Shown here: positions 1 to 7,647 of the stretch, piece after piece | Numbering within the stretch: the stretch's first letter is position 1 | Layout of the letters: the number at the start of each line of letters is the position of its first letter | From: Elusimicrobiota bacterium | Lineage (GTDB): Bacteria > Elusimicrobiota > Elusimicrobia > UBA1565 | NCBI GenBank assembly: GCA_043819795.1 | Contig: JBDREN010000042.1 | Coordinates: 1 to 19,110, forward strand | Reading direction: 5' to 3' | DNA length: 19,110 nucleotides | Position numbers and translations under genes: made by a program | Notes under the pieces: generated by a model | Database searches by the model: none | What the model was told of the DNA's origin: nothing | The model's input: the letters and a program-made list of their open reading frames with translations, nothing else

Positions 1-152
1 TGACTGGACCTACTTCCGGCTCAAGATTCTACGCAAGTGCGGCAATCTGGAGAAGAAATCAGTTGACCGGCTTTGAACCCCATTTTCTCGACGGGACCCA
101 CTCTATTCCGAGAAGATCCAACAAAGTTAACACCTGACGCCTCTTTCGAGCC

Positions 153-181
153 TTGATTTCCTAACGGGGCGGGGTTACACT
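153..181 (+). promoter_or_regulatory. sigma70-type promoter for the collagen-like gene
   Basis: TTGATT (153-158), 17-nt spacer, TACACT (176-181); GGGAGG Shine-Dalgarno just before ATG 237. Confidence 0.55.
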
Positions 182-236
182 TCGGACGTGGGGCCGGAAT
201 ACGGTCCTTCGTCCGTCGCAAATCGTGGGAGGCGCT

Positions 237-1880
237 ATGAACAAGTTTCTAAAAGTATTCGTGATCCTCGGAATCGCGGCGGGCCTTGGGGCTCGAAGCG
301 CGTCAGCCGCACCCAAACCTGAAAACCACCCCGTCCAACTCACGATCACGAAAGCCGCGGTGAATCCGGATGCGGCGGCTCCTAGGCTCATTATAGAAGG
401 AGTGAACTTCGGCGCAGCGCCCGATGTCATACTAGGCAGTGAGGGAGGCGCCTTCCAAGAGCTGCAAGTCATCCAATCCTCCGACAACTCGATCAAGGCC
501 GCGCTGCCCGATACGGCGCCGGGAACGTACCTGCTCATCGTCAGATCGGGCAACGGTGCGACGCAGACCTCTACCATGAATGTGACGATCGGCGGGGGCG
601 GTTCCGGCGGGCCGCAAGGTCCCAAGGGCGACACGGGCGACCCTGGAGCCGACGGAGCACCCGGAGCGCCGGGTCCCAAGGGCGACACGGGTGACCCTGG
701 GGCCGACGGAGCACCCGGAGCGGACGGCGCCAAGGGCGACACGGGCGACCCTGGAGCCGACGGAGCAACCGGAGCGCCGGGTCCCAAGGGCGACACGGGC
801 GACATCGGTCCCATCGGGCCGGAGGGACCTCCGGGGCCCGCGGGCGGGGTGATCATCGGCGCAGGGGGCGACTGCACCACGGAGGCCGCGGGGACGCTCA
901 TGTTCGACTCCGGGCACATCTATGTGTGCAACGGCGCGGTCTGGCGCAGGCTCGACAACGCGCCGCCGCCGCAGGTGACGTCGGTCACTCCCAACGAGGG
1001 CTACATGGCGGGAGGCATGGCGGTCACGATCGGCGGCTCCAACTTCACCCCCGCCGTGTTGGTCACGATCGGCGACGGAGCCGCGCCGGCCGCGGTCGAC
1101 TCGAATACGCAGATCACGGCCGTGACTCCGCCGAGCGCCGTCTCGGGGGCCGTGGACGTGGTCGTGGCGAACTCCGACGGCGAGAGCGCGTCGCTTACGG
1201 GCGGGTTCACCTACTTGTCCGCGCCCCCCGGGAGCTCGCCCGGAGCGGCGCTCGCCTCATGCAACGCCACCAAGGAGGCCTGGTACGACGCGCCGGACGG
1301 CGTCTACTGGATCAACCCGGTGGGCGGCTCCGAGGCGAACGCGTTCGAGGTCTATTGCGACATGAGCACCAAGGAGGGCGGCTGGACGCTCATGGCCACC
1401 AGGGCCAACAACACCACGCCGCTGTCCGAGGCGGCCTACGGGACCGACCTCACCGACCCGGCGGCCAACTTCGACAACCTCTACAAGGGCGATTGGAAGT
1501 ACCTGGCCTTCGACAAGCTCAGGTACATCTTCAAGGGCTCCACCTCCTGGAGCCCCGTCACCGTACGCGACTGGGTGTGGGAGATCGCGTCCGACGCGGA
1601 GCGCACGGGCTGCAAGGCGGAGCTCTGGACGAGCCAGACCAACAAGACCTACAGCGTGAGCTACACCGGGACGTACGCCGGCGTGGACGAGGAGTGGACG
1701 GGCACCTACACGAACAGCGGCGACACAACACCGAAGGGGCGCATAACCGACCCGAACTTCCTTCCCTCCATGCGTATCTGGTGCTGGATCACCTGCAGCG
1801 TATGGACGGGCGTCGGCCACTGCTGCGACAGGGACAGCAGCCAGTGCATGCGCGGCACCGCGACCGTCTGGGTGAAGTAG
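237..1880 (+). CDS. Secreted collagen-like protein: signal peptide, Ig-like N-terminal domain, Gly-X-Y repeats, IPT/TIG domain, fibrinogen-related C-terminal domain
   Basis: [24 protein letters not shown] signal peptide; ([18 protein letters not shown])n; IPT motif [22 protein letters not shown]...GFTY; fibrinogen-like motif SC...DGVYWINP...FEVYCDM...GGWTL; start set at ATG 237 after GGGAGG. Confidence 0.85.
   Translation: MNKFLKVFVILGIAAGLGARSASAAPKPENHPVQLTITKAAVNPDAAAPRLIIEGVNFGAAPDVILGSEGGAFQELQVIQSSDNSIKAALPDTAPGTYLLIVRSGNGATQTSTMNVTIGGGGSGGPQGPKGDTGDPGADGAPGAPGPKGDTGDPGADGAPGADGAKGDTGDPGADGATGAPGPKGDTGDIGPIGPEGPPGPAGGVIIGAGGDCTTEAAGTLMFDSGHIYVCNGAVWRRLDNAPPPQVTSVTPNEGYMAGGMAVTIGGSNFTPAVLVTIGDGAAPAAVDSNTQITAVTPPSAVSGAVDVVVANSDGESASLTGGFTYLSAPPGSSPGAALASCNATKEAWYDAPDGVYWINPVGGSEANAFEVYCDMSTKEGGWTLMATRANNTTPLSEAAYGTDLTDPAANFDNLYKGDWKYLAFDKLRYIFKGSTSWSPVTVRDWVWEIASDAERTGCKAELWTSQTNKTYSVSYTGTYAGVDEEWTGTYTNSGDTTPKGRITDPNFLPSMRIWCWITCSVWTGVGHCCDRDSSQCMRGTATVWVK
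618..803 (+). repeat. 54-bp coding tandem repeat (about 3.4 copies) encoding the collagen helix
   Basis: Units start at 618, 672, 726 and 780 with near-identical GG(T/C)(C/G)CCAAGGGCGACACGGG... Confidence 0.9.
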
Positions 1881-1903
1881 GGGCGAAGGGAACCGCTCAG
1901 CTC

Positions 1904-1925
1904 AGGGCTCCATAGAAAGAGCCCT
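1904..1925 (+). terminator. Hairpin after the collagen-like gene
   Basis: AGGGCTC-catagaaa-GAGCCCT 7-bp stem; no U-tract. Confidence 0.3.
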
Positions 1926-2039
1926 ACCTATCGTGGCCGTATACCCGGTCCGCCTCCGGGGCGTACCAGAGCGCCAGTTGCAGCATATCGTCGCGCTCCG
2001 TCTCGCGTAGGGCGCTCCACAGAGGCCCCATCAGGTCAC

Positions 2040-2159
2040 TCACGAATACGAAGTGCTCCCGAGCCGGGCGGGAACAAACGCCGGCACGATCAGCATAAGC
2101 GCCAGGCCGACGGCCAGGAGCGCCGTCCCGAGAAACAGCTGTTCAAACTTGTGGTGCAT
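2040..2159 (-). CDS. Possible 39-aa single-TM peptide or gene remnant
   Basis: MHHKFEQLFLGTALLAVGLALMLIVPAFVPARLGSTSYS contains one clean hydrophobic helix. Confidence 0.3.
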   Translation of the reverse strand: MHHKFEQLFLGTALLAVGLALMLIVPAFVPARLGSTSYS

Positions 2160-2233
2160 GTCGCGCGGGCTTAAGCCCGAACAAGCCTGCGACGCCTGGG
2201 GGAGCGGTTCAAGGCCTCCGGGGCCTTGGCGCC

Positions 2234-2297
2234 GGGGAACCAAACGGCCTGTTGGTTCGTACAAGACGGTATGGCAGGGGGGCGATAATGGGCGCGG
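2234..2297 (+). promoter_or_regulatory. Duplicated module, copy A: ECF-like promoter GGAACC-N16-CGTACA plus purine-rich RBS and ATG
   Basis: 53/64 identical to 9854-9917 by manual ungapped alignment. Confidence 0.6.
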
Positions 2298-2316
2298 CCA
2301 AGATCGCGCGGCGGTA

Positions 2317-2345
2317 TTTACATACCCCCGCCCATCTGCTTTCAT
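2317..2345 (+). promoter_or_regulatory. sigma70-type promoter for ssb
   Basis: TTTACA, 17 nt, TTTCAT preceded by TGC (extended -10); GGAGG precedes ATG 2377. Confidence 0.4.
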
Positions 2346-2376
2346 CTAGAGAGGCAATCAACCGGAGGCTTCAACC

Positions 2377-2820
2377 ATGGGAAACCTGAACAAAGTCATG
2401 CTTATCGGCCGCCTGACCCGCGACCCGGAGATCAAGGAGTTCGACAACGGCGGCAAGGTGGCCAACATCGGATTCGCCGTCAACAACCGGCGCAAGAACC
2501 AGCAGAGCGGCGAGTGGGAAGAGTCCCCGGTCTGGCTGGAACTAAAGGCCTTCAGCAACGCGGGAGGAGGCCGGAAACTGGCCGACCTGGCCGAGAAGTT
2601 CCTCCGCAAGGGGCAGCAGATCTACGTCGAGGGGCACCTGGTCCTCAACGAGTGGACGGGCAAAGAGGATGGGCAGAAGAAATCCCGCTTGGTGATCAAC
2701 GTCAACGATATCCAGTTCCTGGAAAAGCGTGAAGGTGGCGGCGGCGGGATGGAAAACCTGCCGGGCAAGTCCAAGCCCGCGGCATCCGTGGACCAGGACC
2801 TCGAGGAAGTGCCCTTCTAA
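2377..2820 (+). CDS. ssb: Single-stranded DNA-binding protein
   Basis: LNKVMLIGRLTRDPE N-terminus, LRKGQQIYVEG, Gly-rich linker, acidic tip DLEEVPF. Confidence 0.97.
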   Translation: MGNLNKVMLIGRLTRDPEIKEFDNGGKVANIGFAVNNRRKNQQSGEWEESPVWLELKAFSNAGGGRKLADLAEKFLRKGQQIYVEGHLVLNEWTGKEDGQKKSRLVINVNDIQFLEKREGGGGGMENLPGKSKPAASVDQDLEEVPF

Positions 2821-2826
2821 CGCGCC

Positions 2827-2937
2827 GGGATTTCGGGCCTCTAAAGGGGGTCCGGATCAGTGGGATGCAGACCCCGTTAGGAGGGTCTGGATAGGTGGGA
2901 TTTACCCCCTGCGAAAGGGGGTCTAGGTTACTGGGAC
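2827..2937 (+). repeat. Tandem array of three 35/36-bp hairpin units (REP/BIME-like)
   Basis: GGGAT-headed units at 2827, 2862 and 2897, next GGGAC at 2933; each has G(G/A)GGGTC(C/T) as the 3' arm of a stem. Confidence 0.7.
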
Positions 2938-2950
2938 GGAACACCGACCG

Positions 2951-3007
2951 AATCCACGCCGTTAGCCAAATCGCGGTTTTTCGACGGGCGACTACTGTCC
3001 CCGGGAC
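2951..3007 (+). repeat. 57-bp direct repeat, left copy
   Basis: 49/57 identical to 4980-5036, ungapped. Confidence 0.9.
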
Positions 3008-3223
3008 TTGCGCAGCCAACCAAGTCAATGTCGGGCAGTCCCGTCATGAATGCTTGGCGCTCGCGTCGTATTGCCTTCTATCGGGGCATACGTTTCAATA
3101 CGGCTCTATCGTACGCGGTCTGCCTGCTTGTGATAAGAAACGGACTCGTCAGCGAGGAGCATCCGCTTACTGCAAATATGCTGTTATTACAAGGATAAAT
3201 GATCCTCCCACAACAACTATCCC

Positions 3224-3262
3224 TTGAATTTCTGTCAGAAAAGCGTATACTATTTTCTGACA
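3224..3262 (+). promoter_or_regulatory. AbiE operon promoter with inverted-repeat operator
   Basis: TTGAAT (3224-3229), 16 nt, TATACT (3246-3251), overlapped by perfect IR TGTCAGAAAA (3233-3242) / TTTTCTGACA (3253-3262). Confidence 0.75.
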
Positions 3263-3272
3263 AGTAAGGGCC

Positions 3273-3893
3273 ATGGATTCAGTTCAGGCGAAGATCTTGG
3301 CGCGCATGCGCCGGCTTGGTCATGGGAAAGTCCACACCGCCAAGGACTTCCTTGGCCTTGGCAGCCGAGCGGCAATCGACCAGGCCCTATCGCGACTGGT
3401 TCGAGACCGGACCATCCGTCGACTCGCCAGGGGTCTATATTATATCCCCAGGATGAACCCCGCCCTGGACATCGAACTGGCCCCGGACATGGACTCAGTC
3501 GCCCAAGCTCTGGCGAGAAAGATCGGAAGCCGCGTCGTCCCGTCCGGGGCGGTGGCCGCCAACTGGCTGGGACTGTCCGCCCAGGTCCCCGCAAAACCGG
3601 TCTATCTCACCGATGGGAGAACCCGAAGCATACGCATCGGCAATACGACATTCCTCATGAAACACGTTTCCCCCAAGGATCTTCCGCTGGGCAGTCCAAC
3701 GAGCGCCATGGTCTTTCAAGCGCTGCGCTACCTGGGCAAAGAAGCGATGGGAGAAGATACGATCGCGCGCCTTCGGCGGAGGCTTTCACCCGAGGAGCGC
3801 CTAAAACTCCTCAAGGACGTGCGCTACGCCACGGGCTGGATCGCTCGGGCAGTTCATCAGGTGTGCGAGGGCAGCGGAAACCGGCATGGATGA
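3273..3893 (+). CDS. DUF6088 / AbiEi-like type IV antitoxin and transcriptional regulator
   Basis: [19 protein letters not shown]....IRRLARGLY w[19 protein letters not shown]...VYLTDG; overlaps the toxin start. Confidence 0.9.
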   Translation: MDSVQAKILARMRRLGHGKVHTAKDFLGLGSRAAIDQALSRLVRDRTIRRLARGLYYIPRMNPALDIELAPDMDSVAQALARKIGSRVVPSGAVAANWLGLSAQVPAKPVYLTDGRTRSIRIGNTTFLMKHVSPKDLPLGSPTSAMVFQALRYLGKEAMGEDTIARLRRRLSPEERLKLLKDVRYATGWIARAVHQVCEGSGNRHG

Positions 3894-4925
3894 GATCGCA
3901 CGTCTTTCCGCGAGGGATCGTTCCGAGCTTTTCAGCGCCGCGTCCAGCGGCCGCGGCGACATGCGGCCGGCATTGGTCGAAAAGGACTTTTGGGTCTGCT
4001 GGACGCTGAAGCGCATCTTCGCTTTGGAGAACCCTCCCGCGGGATTGGTGTTCAAGGGGGGGACCAGCCTCTCCAAGGCCTACCAGGCTATCGACCGATT
4101 CTCGGAGGATGTCGATCTATCCTTCGACCGGAGCGCCCTTGGATTCGGGGGCGATGATGACCCGGCAAAAGACCCAAGCAGGAAGCAAAACGCCTGGAAG
4201 AGCTGTCGGCGGCATGCAGGGAAATGATCCGCTCCCGATTCCAACCCCAGCTCACAGAGGTCTTTGCCGCGGCCCTTGGCACGAATCCGTCGGAGGAGAC
4301 CTGGCGGCTCGAACTCGACCGGGAAGATCCCGAAGCGCAAACCCTCCTTTTCCTCTACCCGGCAGGAATCGGCGAACGCGACAGCTCTTTGGCTCGATAC
4401 CTACTGCCCATCGTCAAGCTGGAGCTTGGCGCGCGGGGGGAGCAGTGGCCTGCCGCGCAGGCGTCGATCGAGTCCTACGCGGCGCAAGCCGTCCCGAAGC
4501 CCTTCAAGAATCCTTCCTGCGAGGTGAAAGTTTTGGCCCCGGAACGGACTTTCTGGGAGAAGGCCACCATCCTGCACGCCTGCTATCACCGCCCATCGGA
4601 GAAGGTTCTGCCTCAACGCCAGTCCAGACACTACTACGACGTCATGAAGCTCTACGAGAAGGGTATTGGCGAGAAAGCGCTCGGCAACATGGCCTTGCTC
4701 AAGAGCGTAGCGGAACACAAGGCCATTTTCTTTCGCTCTGCCGCCGCGAAATACGATGAGGCGACGCCGGGAAGCCTCCGACTCGTTACGCCGCCATACC
4801 GCAAGAAGGAACTGGAGGCCGACTACGCCAAAATGCGGGAGATGATCTTCGGCGAGCCACCTCCGCTTGATGATGTTCTTGCGGTGATTGCGAAGATCGA
4901 GCAGCGGGTAAACTCAAGCGGCTGA
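3886..4925 (+). pseudogene. AbiEii/AbiGii-family nucleotidyltransferase toxin, split by a frameshift near 4187-4190
   Basis: ORF1 has [31 protein letters not shown]2 has VKLELGAR, PERTFWEK, SRHYYD; the -1 frame reads [15 protein letters not shown] across the gap. Confidence 0.88.
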
Positions 4926-4979
4926 CAGGCCGGCGGCCAAGCGCTGCCTCGGCTTTCCGGCAGCCATCGCCCGGGACCA

Positions 4980-5036
4980 AATCCACGCCGTTATCCAAAT
5001 AGCGATTCTTCGACGGGCGGCTACTGCCCGTGGGAC
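4980..5036 (+). repeat. 57-bp direct repeat, right copy
   Basis: 49/57 identical to 2951-3007; contains hairpin ACGGGCGG-cta-CTGCCCGT. Confidence 0.9.
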
Positions 5037-5363
5037 CGGGGTTGTTCGGCAAAACGTCGGGGGACCGAAGGCCCGCCGCCCGCCTCCTCTTCCAGGCCGC
5101 GGCTCGGCAGTCAGCCGAAGCGGGAGACCTTGAGCCGTATAAAGGATCTACTTCTGCCGGCCGGTCTTCCTCCCCGGCATCATCCCCGGGCGCCGCGTCC
5201 GGGCGTGCGACAACGGCGGGTCCGGCGGCGGATATGCCCCGAGAAGAGGCCGTCGCGCGAAACTCGATCGCGGCCCTTTGAGCGCGGTGGGGTAGAAGAC
5301 AGGAGCTTCGCGCGGACGGCCGCGCGCTCCGGTAGTTTGCTAAGCTACACGCTCGGAGCGGCC

Positions 5364-6086
5364 GTGAACCACGCCTATCTATTCATCGCCATCGGGCTGG
5401 TCTGCCTCTTCTCCGCGCACGCGGCGGGGGGCTTTCTGGGCTTTTTGCTCCGCCTCAACTTCGCGGCCGCGCTGTTGGGCGCGGGCATCGGCTACGCGGC
5501 CAAGAAGCCGAAGATCTTCCTCAAGCGCGCGGACGGCTCCTTCCCCTGGTACGGCTGGGCCGCCTTTTGGCCCTATTTCCTGATCAACGAGATCTCGCTC
5601 GTGGGCTACAGGTGGTTGGCAAAGGAAGGCTTCGCCGCCGAGATCCTGCCCGGACTGTTCCTCGGCTCCCGTCCGCTGCCCTTCGACGCGGCATACATCG
5701 AGCAGATCAAGGTCCGGTCCGTCCTGGACCTCACCTGCGAGCTTCAGGAAACGGCCTTCATGCGCCAAGCCGAAGCCTACCGCTGCATCCCCGTGCTCGA
5801 CGCCACCGCGCCCACGCGGGCCCAGCTCGACGAGGGAGTCGCCTGGATCAGGGAGACCCTCAAGAGGGGGCCGGTCTATGTCCACTGCGCCATGGGGCAC
5901 GGCCGCAGCGCGACGTTCATCGCCGCCCATATCCTCACGGAGAAACTGGCCGGGGATGTGGAGGCGGCCATGGAAATCATCCGCGGCAAGCGCCCCGGCG
6001 CGAAGCTCAACGCCGAACAGCACGAATTCCTGTCGGGCATCTACGAGGAAGGCAAGCTCGGGGAATACGACGGCGGCACGCGGTAA
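5364..6086 (+). CDS. Membrane-anchored dual-specificity (PTP-like) phosphatase
   Basis: VYVHCAMGHGRS (HCX5R), VLDLTCE, IPVLD; N-terminal TM helices; GTG 5364 chosen for GGAG RBS and upstream TGcTAAGCT -10. Confidence 0.88.
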   Translation: MNHAYLFIAIGLVCLFSAHAAGGFLGFLLRLNFAAALLGAGIGYAAKKPKIFLKRADGSFPWYGWAAFWPYFLINEISLVGYRWLAKEGFAAEILPGLFLGSRPLPFDAAYIEQIKVRSVLDLTCELQETAFMRQAEAYRCIPVLDATAPTRAQLDEGVAWIRETLKRGPVYVHCAMGHGRSATFIAAHILTEKLAGDVEAAMEIIRGKRPGAKLNAEQHEFLSGIYEEGKLGEYDGGTR

Positions 6087-6102
6087 GAAGCGGCGTCGGC
6101 GG

Positions 6103-7179
6103 TCAGTCAAACAACTCAAAGCAGATCCACATGATGACGATGATCGTGTGGCAGAGGAAGCCGGCCGCCGCGACCAGCCGGGCCGCGAGGCCCCATAGGA
6201 AGCCGGCGCCGTTGAACGCGCAGCGCCAAAGGACGATCGAGGCCCAGAAGCCGTAGGCGATGAAGGCGGGGATCGCCAGCAGCAGGAGGTGGACGCCCCG
6301 GTACCGCATCACGGTCAGGATGTAGAAGGCCTGGGGAGCGAGGAACCAGGCCCAGAACGCCCGGGCCAGCATCTGCTCCCCGCGCCAGCAGCGCCCCGTA
6401 TGGCGCCTGATGAAGGCGATCCACGCGTCCACCTCTTGGACCAGCCTTACGATGAACGGCGGCACCTTTGGGGGCTCCGCTCCCCGGGGGACCAGCGGCA
6501 GGAAAACGAGCGCCGCCAAAGTGAGCAGGAAACCCGACCCCATGGTCGACGGCGGCGGCCGGATGGCCGGCATCTGCAGGAGCAGGAAGGACGCCAGCCC
6601 CGCGATGCTCAGCCTGAGGGGCCGGTCCATGACGAAGCGCGCGGGGCGCTCCTCTCGCACTAAGCTGCTGAGCGCGGGGTAGACGGTCAACAGCGGAACG
6701 AAAAGCCATAGATCAGGGATGCCCGCGTAGCAGTTGTGCAGGGCGTGCATGAGGATGACCGCGACGAGCCCCTCGCGCACGAACAGCGAGCAGGCGAGAA
6801 GAGCCCCCACGGCCCGCTTCGTGACCAGATAGAAGTTCAGCGTCTCATGCACTGAGACGAACAGCGCCGCGGTCGCGCCCGCGGCGATCCAGAAGGCCCA
6901 TCGCTTCATCCTCGGCCGGGAGAGCAGCAGGGAATACAGGGCGCAGAACAAGGCGCCGCGGACGAGGATCTCCTCCGAGATGGGCACGTAGAGGTTGGTA
7001 AAAATAAATTCCCGCACCGGGTCCGCGAGGGTCTGTCCCGCGGGATAATTGCTCGGGGAGTGCCGGAGCGCCTTGGGGGCGGCGGTCCGGATGAGAAGTC
7101 CCGCGACCGCCACGACGGTCTCGTAGACCCACGCCGCGCGGAAGGCCCGCCATAGGGCCTGGGCCCATTGCCACCGCAT
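6103..7179 (-). CDS. CPBP (CAAX/Abi) family intramembrane glutamic endopeptidase with extra C-terminal membrane domain
   Basis: EEILVRG, FVSVHE and MHALHN motifs; start uncertain (7179 or 7254). Confidence 0.8.
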   Translation of the reverse strand: MRWQWAQALWRAFRAAWVYETVVAVAGLLIRTAAPKALRHSPSNYPAGQTLADPVREFIFTNLYVPISEEILVRGALFCALYSLLLSRPRMKRWAFWIAAGATAALFVSVHETLNFYLVTKRAVGALLACSLFVREGLVAVILMHALHNCYAGIPDLWLFVPLLTVYPALSSLVREERPARFVMDRPLRLSIAGLASFLLLQMPAIRPPPSTMGSGFLLTLAALVFLPLVPRGAEPPKVPPFIVRLVQEVDAWIAFIRRHTGRCWRGEQMLARAFWAWFLAPQAFYILTVMRYRGVHLLLLAIPAFIAYGFWASIVLWRCAFNGAGFLWGLAARLVAAAGFLCHTIIVIMWICFELFD

Positions 7180-7265
7180 GCCGATACGATAGACTCCCGA
7201 ACGACGTCCGGCAACGGCCTTTTGGCCCAGCCGCCACGTCCGATTTCCTGTCATCTACCGGGAAT

Positions 7266-7568
7266 ATGGAGATCCTGTCCAACAGCTACTTCGTCCTGTT
7301 CCTCACCGTGGCGCTCGGGCTGATGCTGGGACGCGTGCGGCTGGGAAGCTTCCCGCTGGATATCTCCGCCTCCATCTTCGTCGCCATGCTCCTGGGGCAT
7401 CTGGGCGTATCCATGCCAAGGGATCTCCAGCAGATCGGTCTGCTCCTCTTCATCTTTACTATCGGCATCCAGGCCGGTCCCGGCTTTTTCCGCTCGTTCC
7501 GCGCCGATCTGGAGCCGCTACGGCAGCGGCCGGGCCGCGGGCCGGCACCCGCCGGCCGTAGGTCCTAG
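7266..7568 (+). pseudogene. N-terminal fragment of an AspT/YidE/YbjL-family transporter
   Basis: LFLTVALGLMLGRV...GLLLFIFTIGIQAGPGFF signature; membrane-like sequence ends after about 80 aa whereas the family is about 500+ aa. Confidence 0.8.
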
Positions 7569-7647
7569 AAATCTCCGGGCCCTTATTCGCCCTATCGCTT
7601 CCTAATAGGCCCATCACAGCGGCCCGGCATCCGGCTACGCTCATCTT

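Noticed and set aside
120..230. c-di-GMP-I riboswitch (GCGGGGTTAC plus a downstream hairpin)
   Set aside because: The GGCAAA/GAAA/GACGCAAA core is absent, and the segment is better explained as a sigma70 promoter.
1250..1880. DGR target in the fibrinogen-like C-terminus
   Set aside because: No template repeat or reverse transcriptase in the window.
1889..1916. Third ECF-like promoter GGAACC-N16-CATAGA
   Set aside because: The -10 deviates, the spacer is unrelated to the other copies, and no + strand gene follows.
2237..2258. LexA box in GAACCAA-N8-TTGGTTC
   Set aside because: The GAAC-N14-GTTC spacing matches no LexA box I know, and the symmetry is broken in copy B.
2827..2937. Mini CRISPR array
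   Set aside because: Units are contiguous and degenerate with no unique spacers, and no cas genes are present.
3010..3222. ORFs in the AT-richer spacer upstream of the antitoxin
   Set aside because: No recognisable motifs or RBS; possibly decayed cargo.
2961..4996. Integron cassette reading: GTTAGCC at the left, GGCTGAC at the toxin stop, GTTATCC at the right
   Set aside because: The conserved AAC is missing, there are no complementary L boxes, the repeat extends about 45 bp past the GTT, and no integrase is in view.
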